NCBI GenBank assembly: GCA_009602735.1
Contig: WELA01001035.1
Coordinates: 13,498 to 77,497 of the forward strand
Length of the DNA stretch: 64,000 nucleotides
Source of the DNA: Mesotaenium endlicherianum
Taxonomy: Eukaryota
Direction of reading: 5' to 3'
Shown here: positions 19,623 to 33,164 of the stretch, piece by piece
Numbering within the stretch: position 1 is the stretch's first letter
Layout: each line of letters begins with the position of its first letter
The notes under the pieces: model-generated
The model's input: the letters and a program-made list of their open reading frames with translations, nothing else
Databases searched by the model: none
Told to the model about the DNA's origin: nothing
Position numbers and translations under genes: made by a program

Positions 19623-22600
19623 ATGGGTCCTGCTGAACTGGATTCACTATGCATGTCCAACAAACAGATAAAGGAGACCATCAGCAAAATACACCTCCAG
19701 AGCGTGCACCCTCTGGATGATCTTGTTCCACCTGATGTCCAACATTTCTTTGCTAAGTCAGGAGAAGAATGCGAAAGTCAGGAAAAGTCAATCTCCCCTA
19801 TCTTACTGCATTGCATGATTGCATGTAGGAAGGTGAGGGCATTTGTTGACGGAGGGGCGTCACATACTTTCATCCACAAGGACTTAATTAAGCGGCTAAG
19901 GCTGCCTACTGTCACCCAAGGGAATAGAAAAATATTCCTTGGAGATGCCTCAAGTATCCCGGGAATAGTTATAACCAAGCCTAATGAGGTCCAATTAGGT
20001 TCTGGCAGTGCAATTCTAATTGAAAGGCTTACATTTGAGGTACTCGACACTGGCTTTTATGATCTCGTGCTAGGCAGGTCCTGGCTTAATAGACATCAAG
20101 CTGAAGTGTGTTGGAGCAGAGGTACAGTTAAAGTGAGAGGAGCCGGTGATGGGCAGACTAACTTGGCACCCACCAGTGCTCTTCCTGTTGTCCTGTATGG
20201 ATGGCAAATGCAGGAAATTTAGAGGCTTCTAGGAGGATGCAAATTGCTGAATGCAATGGAGTTCATCAAAAGCTGGGACGGAAAGGAAGACAGAATGTTC
20301 TATCCGTTGCTAATATAAGTACCTCCTCAACCTGAAGAAGTGGTTGAGAAAAAGGCAAGCCCTCCGGAGCACTCTACTACGACAAAAATCGTTGCTCACT
20401 GCTCAGTACACAGATGTATTTAATATGCCTCCAGGACTACCCCCTAAGAGGGAAGTAGATCACAAGATTGATTTCTTACCTGGGACTCAAGCCAACCTGC
20501 CAACGCACTTATGGCTTGTCTTATGTGGAGAGCAAAGAGTTGAAAACACAGATTGCAGAGCTTGAGGAAAATGATTATATTTCTCCCAGTAAATCACCTT
20601 ACGGCGCACCCATCCTATTTGTTAAGAAAAAAGATGGGAGTATGCGGATGTGTGTTGATTACAAAGCTCTTAACAGAATTACAGTAAAGAACAAGTATGC
20701 TTTACCCAAAATCAAGGACTTGCTTGATACCCTATCTGGTGCTATAGTGTTCAGTAAGATAGATCTCAAGAATGGTTATCATCAAATGAGAATTGCTGAG
20801 GGAGATGAACACAAGACTGCCTTCCGCAAACGTTATGGACTCTATGAGCTTAACGTGATGCCATTTGAACTGACTAATGCTCCTGCAACTTTCATGGGTG
20901 CTGTGAATGACATTTTCAAGGAAAGTATTGAATCTTTAGGCCACGTTGTCAGTAAGGAAGGCATCAATGTGGATCCTAAGAAAGTCCAGACCATAAGGGA
21001 CTGGCCTGTACCACAATCTGTCTCTGAAGTTAGATCCTTCCTGGGGTTGGCTAACTACTATAGGAGATTTATTGAGAATGATTCTACAAAGGCCAGTAAA
21101 CTGAATGACCTTACTAAGAAAGACATAGGGTATGTGTGGGGGGAAGAGCAGCAGGCTGCCTTCCAGATCCTTAAAGATGCTCTTTATTCTGCCCCAGTGC
21201 TAGCCGTGTACGACCCCAGCAAACCTGTAAAGGTGATTACTAATGCTTTTGACTTTGCCATGGGTGCTGTTTTGTTGCAGCCTGCTGCCAAAACCACAAA
21301 GAATGGTAAGGTACGGCAGGAGTGGCACCCTGTGCTGTATGAGTATGAAATTCAACCCAGCTGAAATTAAGTATTCCATGCATGATAAAGAGCTGCTAGC
21401 TATCATTCATGTGCTCAAACAGTGGAGAGCATACTTGCATAGTAAAGCTTTCAAAAGTAATTACAGATCATCTAGCTCTGACTGACTTTCAGAATATGTC
21501 CAAGCTGTCGAGGAGGGAGAACCGCTGAAGCCAGATGTTGAAGCAGTTCCAAGTCCAGATTGACTACAAACCAGGGAAGTTGAATCCTGCTGATGCACTC
21601 TCTAGAAGACCTGACTTGCAAGGAAGGAACTTTAGTCGACATGCTGTAGATAAAGTCCATTGTGCACTCACTTCACTAAAGGTGAAAAAGTCCTTTCTTG
21701 AACAACTTAGGAAAACCTGCCTTTATGACCCAACATTTGAGCCCAGCCCCACTGATGGGGTGTGTTTTGCTACTGCACTCGGGTATAGGCTTAAGGGAGG
21801 GGTCTGGGTGACTGACCAGTTCAAGCAGGCTGAAGCTGGTCATTCCTAATAGCTTGAAAATAAGGTCCCTCTTACTGAGTCAAGCTCATGACAGTTTACT
21901 GGGTGGGCATTTGGAGCAGGCCAAAACTGTTGGCAAATTGGCAAAACATTATCATTGGGATAGGTTGCCTCGGGAGGTCCTGAAATATGTTAAGTTTTGT
22001 GATCAGTGTCAAAGAAATAAGTCTAAGCACATACCACCAAGGGGTCTCTTACAACCACTGCCCATCCCAGCCGGACGCTTGGAAACAATATCCGTGGACT
22101 AGGTGGTAACACTACCACGAACTGCCAATGGGCATGATTCGATACTGGTAGTCGTGGATAAACTAATAAAACTGGTAATTTTCATCCCCACAACTGGCAA
22201 AGTAACTGCACTCGAAACAGCGAGACAGTTCTACAACCATGTAGTATGCCAACATGGGCTACCCTCTAATATCATCTCAGACAGAGACTCAAAGTTCACC
22301 TCTAAGTTCTGGAGAGCTTTAATGGGGTTAATGAGAGTCAAACAGCTGCTCAGCACAGCCAACCACCCTCAGACTGATGGGCAGACTGAAAGAACTAACA
22401 GAGTTCTGCAAGAGGTGCTGCAAGCGTATATTTACCAAAAACAAGATAATTGGGATGACCTGTTACCTCAAATCCAGTTTGCGGACAACAGTGCGGTGCA
22501 CGCGTCAACGGGCAAGACTCCTTTTGAACTGAGCTTGGGTAAAGTCTCTAAGTCTCCTTTAGATGTGCTAGCGGAGTCTTCAACTCACCCTAAAGGGATT

Positions 22601-23186
22601 GACAATTTGATCTCCCTACAGTTAACTCAGGAGTTTGCTGACACCCTGTCAGAAGTCCAGCAGAACCTGCACAAAGCCTAAGAAAATCAACAAAAATACG
22701 CTAATCAGCACCGTCGAGAACTGACATTTTCCGAAGGCGATTTGGTCCCATTCTCAACACCTGTATCTGCCTGGTGTGGTCAAGAAAAAGCTTGGTCCGG
22801 TCTGGGTCGGTCCATATTCGGTGGTGCGCCGTGTCGGTCAAAATGCTTACAAACTGAACATGTCAACAGAATACAGGGGTCATCCGATCTTTAATGTCTC
22901 CTTCCTGGAACCGTACATCAAAGGTGACACACTGTCCACAAGTCGGTTACCTGTCCAACCCGGACCGGTCTCCGCTGTCCGAGATGGTGACCCTGAGGAA
23001 TATGAGGTCGAGGAGATTTTAGACGCTCGCTTTGTCCGTCGATCATCTAAATATGTCATGAAGTACCTCGTCATATGGAAGGGTTACATTGCCTCTGGGG
23101 ACACTTGGGAATTTAAAGACCAGCTAACCAATGCCAAAGGGGCGTTAAAGCGATTCCACCTTCGGGCGGCTAGCACACCTCCTTGA
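19623..23186 (+). pseudogene. pol: Degenerate pol of A2 (protease, RT, RNase H, integrase, chromodomain)
   Basis: [49 protein letters not shown]...WKGY. The RT xLDD segment is deleted near 20920. Confidence 0.92.
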
Positions 23187-23560
23187 CTGTCAGTTCAGTC
23201 GCCCTCGACAGGTGACAAGAGGTCCTGTCTCTAAGTAAGTTGGAGGGGAATGTGACAGTTAAACGTGACAGTTAGTGACAAATAGTGACAGTTGCGACAG
23301 GCAGCCCACCTAAAAATTAAGTTGGAGAGAGTGTCTTCCGTCTCGGGATCAGCCGGGCAAATTTTTCTGTAATCATTCTACACACTCAACCTGCGCTTAC
23401 ACTCCCTTTTTCTCCCTGACTCAATTCTCCTCTTCTACTCACTCACACAAGGTATTACACACTTGGAACTCTCCCTACCACGTTCTTCTCCACCAAGGGT
23501 ACTCAGTAGCGGCAAAGTACCATGACTTCACTGATTGCATTGTGTTTATGATTGAGCAGG

Positions 23561-24428
23561 ATGACGCAGAAGTCAGAACTTAAGAGGGAAAGAAGAGCAG
23601 AAGAGGCACATGCAAAATACTTGCAATTCCGTGGCAACATCGAATCATCCTCCATCTCCGCTCGGGAATCACAACGATTCCAACAACAGCGAGAGGCACA
23701 GAAGAAGAAGAAGGAGGAGGAATAGGCCAGGCTGAGGCGGGAAGAACTGGACAGACAAGCTGCAGAGGAGGCCAAGAAGGTAGAGGAGGAGAGGCAAGCT
23801 GAGGAGAGGCGGAAGCAGCAGGCTGAAGAAGAAGAACAGAGGAGAATCAGCAGCTACCGCTACACAATGCTGGGCAAGGGCTTTGATCTACTGGAGGAGG
23901 CCTTCAAGTATGCCCAGAGAAGTCGCAGTGAGTTGCAGAAGGAAATCCTGCAGAGGGAGAAGGAGACATCTGAAAACTTTGACAAGTGTATAGAGGTCAG
24001 CACAGGACTCTTTTTCTACCATGATTATGCCGAGATGGTAGGATATTCGGTCAGAGAGGCCAAGGCAATGGCCCAAGTGAATGAGGAAGGAGCTGTATCG
24101 ATTTCGGGTATCTGGGGGAATATTGGGATCATCAGGATGATCTCCATGGATGCGGACAGCTTCAAGGACTCTACATCACATAACAGGTTCAAGGCCATGT
24201 ATAATGAGGTGGAGAGAAGGAGCTGGGAATTCTACGCCAGGGAAACCAGTCAGCTGGACTTTGCAGGGCACTGGTACCCTTGTACGCTGAAAAGGACAGA
24301 TCTTGCCTTCTTCCAAAAGTCCACCGATTGGCGGTGGATGACTATCAACATGAGGGACCAGCAAAATGACAGGGCAGGGGAGGAAGATTTCCTAACAGAC
24401 CTATAGGGGAACATAGTATTGCCCCCTC
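23561..24428 (+). pseudogene. Accessory ORF of A2, 5' part (continues at 30303 to about 31118 after nested B1)
   Basis: ATG at 23561 is in frame with ORF 23867-24406 across one TAG. Homologous to 3622-4500. Confidence 0.7.
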
Positions 24429-25206
24429 TGTAAGGTCATAGGTTTATAAAGTGCATTTTTGAGTTTCATGAAAGTATGTTTTGATTGTATAGTAGTGTAG
24501 AACGCATTATTGTGATCATTTGATATAAAGTTCATGGAATTTGGTCAAGTATTGAGAAAGTTATGGATTTCCGAAGTTTAATGTGTCGAGGTCGGTTGAC
24601 GACTGTCCTTAATTCACGGTGAGCGCGACCGTCGGATTGACCGACAGCGTCGAGCGATCTGGGCCGTTAGAGTGAATTCGAACCTTCACGTAAGTTTGGC
24701 TGACGCGAAGTGCCGACTAGTTCGATTTACCCAGAAGTTTCGGTTTAGCCTAGTGCGTCTAAGATAGAATATTCTAGTACTATCGATGCATGTATGTGGA
24801 CGTCAATTTGGCCCGACACATCAGATGAGACTGATCTGGCTTATTCACGAATATTTTGGAAGGGACGATTTGACGAACACTTGAGAAAATCTGTAGCTTC
24901 CTCCTAGAGAGGAGCACTTAGGTAGAAATTTATAAATAGGCATAACTTCTTTGTTTTTTATCACTTTTCACTTCTGTAAAATTCTATGGGTTTGTAATGA
25001 CAAGATCTTTCCTCCTACATCATTTGTGAACAGTTTCTTGCCACTCAAAATGTTGAGTAATTTTCCCAAGCTTTCTTAGTGATATGCCGCTGCACTCTTT
25101 AGTATGATTGCAACTAGTTCCTTTCCTCGTGAGTTGCTACGCTTCCACTGGGGCACTCTGCCCCTCTCATCTGGTATCGGAGCTGGGCTAGTTTGCATAT
25201 TATATT

Positions 25207-25982
25207 ATGGAGTCGCAACAGGCAGCTAGAAGAGGCGAACATGTCGAGATTGTTGAGCGCGCGGGCAACAGGCAGCACCAACAATGACTAGAGAGCAACA
25301 GGAGATGCAGGGGATGCTGAGGCAAATGGCGAATGCAATTGGAGGAGAAGTCTACGCCCAATTTCAACAAAATATGCGCGCGGAGGTGGAGAGAATGAAG
25401 AGTGCAGGAGCTTGGTATGAACGAGAGGAGCAGCTATCTGGAGATCCTGCTGCTGTTGATCAGCTATTTGAAGGCTTGAAGAGGCAATCTCAACCTATTG
25501 CACCCGAGGCTACCGCTCGAGACTTGTTGGTGCGCCTTCGTCAACGAGGAAGCGTTCAGGAGTATGTATCGCGCTTCAATGAGCTGGTGCTTCAATGTTC
25601 ATCTATGCACGAGTCGGAGATGATGGACAAGTTCAAGAGGGGACTCAAGCCAACTGTGGCCAAGGAAGTGGCGCTCAAGGACCCTACTAGTCTTGGAGAA
25701 AGGATGGCGTTGGCAACAAAGGTCGACGCTGTGGAATATAGTCAGAGGCAGTGGGGTGGCCACAACTTTGGAGGATATCGACACTTTGGTACTCAAGCGC
25801 CAAGCACGAGTGTTCAAGGTCCAGTACCTATGGAGTTGGGACTTGTTCAGGACCAGCGCAGGCAGCAGAATTTCAAGCCGAGAGGACCCAGCTATAATTG
25901 TGGCAAGCTTGGACATCTGGCTCGAGACTGTCATGTGAAGGCGAAGCAACCTCAACAGCAGGAAAAAGGAGGACGCCAGTAA
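25207..25982 (+). pseudogene. gag: gag of B1 (internal deletion relative to B2)
   Basis: LRQRGSVQEYVSRF, GPVPMELG, (C>S)YNCGKLGHLARDC. Confidence 0.85.
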
Positions 25983-28900
25983 GTCGTTCTGGGGTGTCTA
26001 CTGGCGTGAAGACAAGAATTCACAAGGAGGTTATCCCCAGGAGCCTGCCGAGAAGCGAAAGACGAGACGTTGACAAGCCTATGATCGTGGAAGGAGTGGT
26101 CGACGGCAACAAGGCAAAGTGTATGGTCGACAGTGGCGCTAGTGCAAACTTTGTGCACAAGAAGCTGGTGAAAGAGTGGCGAATCCCCGTGCAGAAGAGT
26201 TATGAGCCTAAGGAGGCAATTTTGGCAAATGGGCATGGTCTCAAGCGTGGTGCACCTACGGAAGCTATTCACGTGGAAGTAGCGAGGCACCGGAGTAAGG
26301 AAGTCATGGAGCAGGCAGATTTAGGTCACCGTGAGTGATATTGGGCCGACCATGGCTGAGAAAAGCCAACCCTCAAGTGCACTGGAGCACAGGACAAGTG
26401 AAGGTCCAAGGGCGTGATGGTCGAATGGAGACAGCGAAACAAGTGGAGGTAGATACGACCACAAGTAACTGTCTTTTGTCGAGCCTGCAAGTTAAGAAGC
26501 TATGCAAGGCGAATCAGGTGAAGGAGATGTACCTTGTTTTGGTGGCCCTGGCCACGTCATCAGATGGAGCAAGCGTGAATCCTAACAGCCTGGGCAAATG
26601 TACATCGCCGGAGGAGCAGGTAGTGGTGTTTGATCCCCTTGCTCAAAAGGAGCAGAGCCCAATTGCTCTAGAGGAGAAGCCTGCTGAGATGCCTGCCCAA
26701 ATTAAGGCGCTGTTGGAGGAGTTCAATTGCGTATTTCCAAAGGAGCTACCTGCAGGATTATCTCCACAGAGAGCTATGGAGCACAAGATGGAGTTGGAAC
26801 CAGGGAGCAAGCCACCAGTGAGACCCGCCTATCGTCAATCGTTTGCGGAATTGGACGACTTGAAGAAGCAGAGTTATTGGAGAAGGGATTCATCCGACCC
26901 AGCGAATCTCCATTTGCAGCGCCAGTCTTATTTGTGAAGAAGAAGGATGGGACTATGAGGATGTGTGTCGACTACCGGGCTTTCAACAAGGTCACCATCA
27001 AGAACAGGTATCCACTTCCACGTGTGGACGAGTTTATTGACAAGCTTGTCGGGGCAAAGTACTTCTCGAAGATCGATTTGAGGAGCGGCTATCACCAGGT
27101 ACGAATTGCGGAAGGAGACATTCAGAAGACTGCTTTCGGGACTCGCTATGGTTCATTTGAGTTCACTGTCATGCCTTTTGGGCTGACTAATGCACCTGCT
27201 ACATTCATGGGACTCATGAATAGTATCTTCAGACCCTACTTGGACCAGTTTGTGGTGGTATTTTTTGACGACATCCTGATCTATTCGAAGACCTTGGAAG
27301 AGCATGTGGAGCATCTGAGGAAGGTGTTAGAGGTCTTCAGAGATCGAGAGTTATATGGGAAGATGAGCAAGTGCAACTTCTGTCTCAAGGAGGTCGACTT
27401 TCTTGGGAACATAGTGGGGGTTGAAGGTGTCAAGGTGGAGCAGAAGAAGGTGCAAGCAGTCAGAGATTGGCCGGTACCTGCTGATATTCATCAACTCAGG
27501 AGTTTCCTCGGCATGGCAAATTATTATCGACGTTTCATTGAAGGATTTGCCAAGGTGTGTGCACCGCTCACGGACATGTTGAAGAAGCAGGAGAAGTGAC
27601 TATGGGGTGACAAGGAGCAGCAAGCTTTTAAGAGGATTAAGGAGTTATTGACACAGGCACCTGTGTTGGCAATCGCCTGTTTAGAACTTCCTTTCACCAT
27701 CATCACGGACGCATCAAACTTTGCAATGGGAGCCATTCTTCTCCAAGACCAGGACAAAGGATTACAACCTGTGGCATATGAGAGCAGGAAGTTGAGTCCT
27801 GCTGAGCAAAACTATGCAGCACACGAGCGGGAGATGTTGGCTATTATCGAGGCTTTGAGGATTTGGCGATGTTATGTGGACGGCCGGAAGGTGTTCATCA
27901 AGATCGACCACAAGAGCTTGGAGAAGTTTATGACGCAGCCAACATTCACACCAAGGCAAGGTGGATGGAGTTTTTGCAACAGTTCGACCACAAGATCGAG
28001 TACTTACCTAAAAAGATCAACCCTGCACATGCTTTATCCAAAAGGTGTGACCTTGCAGCTGTCTCGATCATCAAGGAGACTATGGACTTCAAGGAGAAGC
28101 TTCAGAGAGGTTATGAGGGCGACCCAGAGTTTGCTGATGGTGGAGCAGCTGAGTCCAAATTGAGTATGCGAAAGAAGGACGGCATATGGTATTATGGTGA
28201 TTCCAAGAGAGTGGTGGTACCTGACATCAAGGAGCTACGCGACCTACTACTTGCGGAGCATCATGATTGCTTATATGCTGGACATTTTGGAAGCGAGAAG
28301 ACGGCAAGCGTCCTGAAGCGGGAATACTATTGGAGAAATATGGACAAGGACATCGAGGAGTGGATCAAGATTTGCGATGCGTGCCACAGAAACAAGACAC
28401 CAAATCCAAAGAAGGGAGGTACATTGCAGCCTCTGCCTATTCCAGAGTATCCTTGGGAGCAGATTGCTATGGACTTCATCACATCATTACTAGTGAGTGG
28501 TCAAGGGCATGATGCAATTTGGGTTGTATCTGATAGACTCAGCAAGATGGCTCACTTCATTCCCATGAAGGAGACTTCTACGGCAGCGGATGTGGCACGG
28601 CTATTCTTTGATCATATTTTCAGGCTACATGGGTTGCCGAAGGTGATTGTTTCAGATCGAGATCCAAGGTTTACTAGCAACTTTTGGCGGTCATTGTTTA
28701 CTTTGATGGGGACCAAGCTGAGTATGAGCACTTCCTATCACCCTCAGACAGACGGGCAAAGTGAGAGGCTCAACAGAACTCTGCAAGAGGTGCTCAGGAG
28801 TTTCACTATGAAAGACTCTTCAGAGTGGGACAAGAAGCTGCCAGGGTTGGAGTTTGCCTACAACAACAGCATGCAGGGTTCGACCAAGCAGTCACCATAC

Positions 28901-29554
28901 GCTATGGTTTATGGAAGAGAAGTACATCATTCAGGGTACATCTTGTTGGAGATGGGCAAGGAAACTCAGGTTCCTACTACACAAGCGTTTATGGAGCAGA
29001 TGGCCAAGACTTGGGACATGGCTAAGACGTCTATACGGAAGGCACAGGAAGAGCAGGTCAAGCATGCTAACAAGCACAGGAGGGAAGTGACATTCCATGT
29101 GGGCGACAAAGTACTCTTGTCAACAGAGAACCTACCTTTCACAGGCAAGAGGAAACTGCGGGCACGGTTTACAGGTCCCTTTGTGGTGCTCAAGCAGGTG
29201 AATCTAGTGACACAAGTTGGAACTTCCTTCAGGCTGGCGTATCCATGATGTGCTCCATGTCAGTTGTTTGCGGCCATACGTGGACCCGAATGAAGGACAT
29301 TCAGGACGACTACCTACACCGCCACCATCGGTCGAGATCGATGATGTATTGGAGTATGAAGTGGAGGCGATTGTCGGCGATCGACGAGTCAAGCGAGGTC
29401 AAAGACTTGTTCAAGAGTATCTGGTCAAGTGGAAGGGCTACCATGCGGACGACAATACTCGGGAGCCCGAGGCCAACTTGACTCATTGTAAGAGTAAGTT
29501 GAGACGTTATCTGCAGAATTTGTCGAGGACGTCACATCTTGAGGAGGGGGATGA
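25962..29554 (+). pseudogene. pol: pol of B1 (protease, RT, RNase H, integrase, chromodomain), frameshifted
   Basis: MVDSGASAN, FFDD, TDASN, HDCLYAGH...CDAC, SDRDPRF, GPF, EYEVEAIV...YLVKWKGY. Confidence 0.92.
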
Positions 29555-30302
29555 TGTAAGGTCATAGGTTTATAAAGTGCATTTTTGAGTTTCATGAAAG
29601 TATGTTTTGATTTTATAGTAGTGTTGAATGCATTTTGTGATCATTTTGATATAAAGTTCATCGAATTTGGTCAAGTACAGAGAGAGTTATGGATTTCCGA
29701 ACTTTAATTAGTGTCGAGGTCAATTCACGACTGTCCTTAATTCGCGGTGAGCGCGACCGTCGGATTGACCGACAGCGTCGAGCGGTCTGGGCCGTTAGAG
29801 TGAAATCGAACCTTCACGTAAGTTCGGCTGACGCGCAGTGCCGACTAGGTCGATTTACCCAGAAGTTTCGGTTTAGCCTAGCGCGTCTAAGATAGAATAT
29901 TCTAGTAATGTCGATGCATGTATGTGGACGTCAATTTGGCCCGACACGTCAGATGAGACTGATCTGGCTTACTCACGAATATTCTGGAAGGGACGATTTG
30001 GCGAACACTTGGGAAAATTCGTAGCTTCCTCCTAGAGAGGAGCACTTAGGCAGAAAGTTATGAGTAGGCATAACTTCTTTGTTTCTTATCAGTTTTCACT
30101 TCTGTAAAATTCTACGGGTTTGTAATGACAAGGCCTTTCATCCTACATCATTCGTGAGCAGTTTTTTGCTACTCAAAATGTTGAGTAATTTTCCTAAGCT
30201 TTTTTAGTGATATGCCGCTGCACTCTTTAGGATGATTGCAACTAGTTCCTTTCCTCGTGAGTTACTACGCTTCCACTAGGGCACTCTGCCCCTTTCACCC
30301 TC

Positions 30303-31118
30303 ACATTGCAGCTTGGGACCCAAGATTGAATGGAGTAAGAGACTGCATGAGTCCAGAAATGCAAAAGGACAGGAGCAGGGCCTGAGAGTCATTCTCTAAA
30401 GGGAAGCACGCTTATGCCAAATGGGCAAGCAAGCAGGGAGAGAAAATCCTGTATGCGGTCAAGACTCAACAGCCCCCACCAACACCCAAAAGGGGAAGGT
30501 CAGTGGAGTATTCTTTTTCTTGGGCAAAGCTGGAGCAGCTGACAGAGGAGACCCCAGCAGTCTCAGAGGAGCCAGGGGAAGAAGAGGAGGAGTCAGAGGC
30601 AGAAGAGGAGGAAGGCGAGGAAGAGGACACTAGCCCCGCTGTGACCCAGACACCTACTACATCCTCTGTGATGGAGAAGACTGGGTTGGCCAGGGCAGAC
30701 ATAGCACCAGCTCGCTGAAGAGGAAGATATCACTTGGCTGGGAATCGCCAGAGGACAGAGCCCATCTACAGGCGCCGAGACCCAGTCAGACAGGGCACAC
30801 AGGAGGGCTGCTAGAGAAATAGCCAGAGGCCTACCTGCATCTCCCTCGCAGAGAGGACATGTGCCCTTGGCTCATGTCATGCAACATTCTTCTGGGATGC
30901 CGGAATATGTACCTGTCAATTTGAGGGATGTTCAGGGGAAGGCTGCCTCCCCTCATTTTCATTATGTGCAGGAGGAAACAGCCAAGTTACTGCGTTATGC
31001 CCTTGGTTCCCCCTACTCGGAGCCCCCAGGCTTCAGGAGACTCCAAGACAGAAGGAGGAGGTCTGGCTCCCGGTCTCGCTCCCCTGACCGTAGAGCCCCC
31101 GGAACATCTCCCTCATAA
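30303..31118 (+). pseudogene. Accessory ORF of A2, 3' part
   Basis: HIAAWDPRLNG...GKHAYAKWA...SVEYSF, acidic tract, RSGSRSRSPD tail. Parallels 4500-4626 plus 16343-17020. Confidence 0.6.
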
Positions 31119-31289
31119 GGGCAGTAGGCTGAGGGCGGAGGGACAGCACACTGTTACTAGTGATCCTCACAGTTAGGCATCAATGTTGGAGAAGAAGGCG
31201 GTGGGAGGGAGATCAGTACTTTTAGTTGGGGAAAATCATGTACCAAGTGTTAGTGTTGTCGAGGCAACAACCTGCTAAGTTGGAGGTAT

Positions 31290-32007
31290 TGTAATGAATC
31301 AGTATATTGGTAGATATAAAGTTCATTTAAATATAACGGTTAAAACAATTCAGCCTGCTGAAATTTAGTTAGTATTGAGTCTGCTGGACTTATAAATTAA
31401 TTAGTTTATTGACTCAGGCGGGAGCAGCAGGCTGAAGTTAACTTAGGTCAGCTTGCTGACACATTCTTTGACAGCCAGCTGACTTCCGTGCTTGGTAGCA
31501 GCAAACTGCCTAGCTATGCATCTAAGTGTGGTGTGCTAGATGAATGGCTATATGACATCCTTAGGATAAATGGCGATTCGGGATGATGGGAGATGGCGGT
31601 GGATTTGGTTAACCGAGGTCCTACCAACGTGGTTAACTCCCGGGTAGGCGGTGCCATTGCACTGGCCGTTGAACAGTAAATACATTCCATGTACATATGC
31701 TAGGTGTTGCTCTCGAGTTCGGCATTCGGAAACGAGGCCAATTCTCTTGTACAGCTTACGGAGAGAGATCTGAATCCAAGGCAAGAAGCAATTGATATGC
31801 ACTGTCTTCTAGCCTTGCTTACGTACGAGTTTACTGATTGCATCATTGATTCTAGCTAACTTCCATCTGACTTGCAAGTATTGTCCATTGCTAGTGTGTT
31901 GTCTTTTGCTGTTGAATCAATTAACAGAAATTACCATAAAGATTACTTGCTGATATAAAGATCTTCATAAATTGTTAATCGCCTATTTGGTAAGTCGATT
32001 CATTTCA
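31290..32007 (+). repeat. 3' LTR of A2
   Basis: TGTAATGAATC...GATTCATTTCA; direct repeat of 17755-18468. Confidence 0.92.
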
Positions 32008-32281
32008 CTGACCATGAGAAAAGCACACTATGTGGGCTATGAGAGGGAGACCCAAGGAAAACTACGACTACTTGTGTGAGACCTTAGCTTAAGGCAGGTT
32101 CATCATGGAGTGCTCCTCCTTCTGGTCTAACAGGGAAGTCACCAATCGTAGAGCATGCTTCTTCTCACGTGCAATCATTAAGCTCCCTGATCCAGCAACC
32201 CCTGAGATGTCCAAAAAATAACTGGCAGGGAGCATGCATTGAGAGCCTAAGGGCAGGGGTCTTGGTCTGCCAGTTGGCAAT

Positions 32282-32459
32282 TAAGACGCCCTGAAATTGA
32301 AAAAGAATATCAATAAATTACAACCCCAATTACCCCCCCTCTCAGCTACGAACAGTCAGTTGCAAGTGGGGACTAAGACGCCCTGAAGTTAAAAAAGAAT
32401 ATCAATAACTTACAACCCCAATTACCCCCCCTCCTAGCTACCAACAGTCAATTGCAAGT
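32282..32459. repeat. Tandem duplication (about 92-bp unit) covering the G-rich tract of element D
   Basis: TAAGACGCCCTGAA...CAATTACCCCCCC...GTTGCAAGT-like unit occurs twice. Confidence 0.8.
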
Positions 32460-33164
32460 AAGGAAAAGCCAAGTGCCGACAGGAACGTGACTTACCGGTG
32501 GAGTAAGGCCATAAATGGGAAAGCCGCAATTACATATATCACATTATAGCATCTTTGACGGGCAATTGGATTTTTGACAAATTTGGCATGGATGGTTGGC
32601 AGGTACGCTGGCCAGTGTTAGGATCGAGTTCTCCATTGAGGCTAGGTAAATGACAGGGTGCGCAATTTTGCAAATGATCGCGTGTCGTACGATCGTCATA
32701 GCCGACCAAGGTCAAGACGCCAAAAGGGGCAACAGCGGTGACGCGGAGGCTAAGTGGCTGATTAGACATGTCTAATGTGGATTTTATTTTGGCGTTTGAG
32801 GTAGACAAAGTCATCGACAGCATAGGATGGGATAAGTGGGTAAACTTGACCACTACGCGTGTGAGCATATCGCAGGGTATCTCAATGCTGGGCTATACAA
32901 AGATTCTCCATAGTCATAGGCATGATATGCTCAAAGAGCAGCGAACGAGCGTGAATCTCATCGTGCCGAGCTCGTGCGTCGGTAACAAAAAGGGGAGTGT
33001 CTAGCGGCGATCTAAGAGCGAATGGCACGACAAGGTCGCGACCATACAACAGGTGGTAAGGCAAGAAGATACGTAGGGCAGCCTGACTACTAAAAATTGT
33101 ATCCCATCGGTGGCCATGACAGCGCTAATCCCACTTGGCTACAGTGTGGGTGAGGTTACGCTTA
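32450..33164 (-). pseudogene. Element D: decayed integrase C-terminus plus PHD finger, related to element X
   Basis: PYHLLYGR, MTMENLCIAQH, RDHLQNCAPCHLPSL, CQICQK...KML*CDICNCGF...TPPVSHVPVGTW. Confidence 0.8.

Larger units (their letters stand above)
24429..30297 (+). mobile_element. Chromovirus LTR retrotransposon, family B copy 1
   Basis: LTRs 24429-25169 and 29555-30297; PBS TGGTATCGGAGCT 25172-25184; [17 protein letters not shown]; perfect TSD CCCTC. Confidence 0.95.
17755..32007 (+). mobile_element. Chromovirus LTR retrotransposon, family A copy 2 (both LTRs present, degenerate, carries nested B1)
   Basis: LTRs 17755-18468 and 31290-32007; PBS TGGTATCAAAGCC 18470-18482; PPT near 31277-31289; TSD CTGAT/CTGAC. 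Confidence 0.92.
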
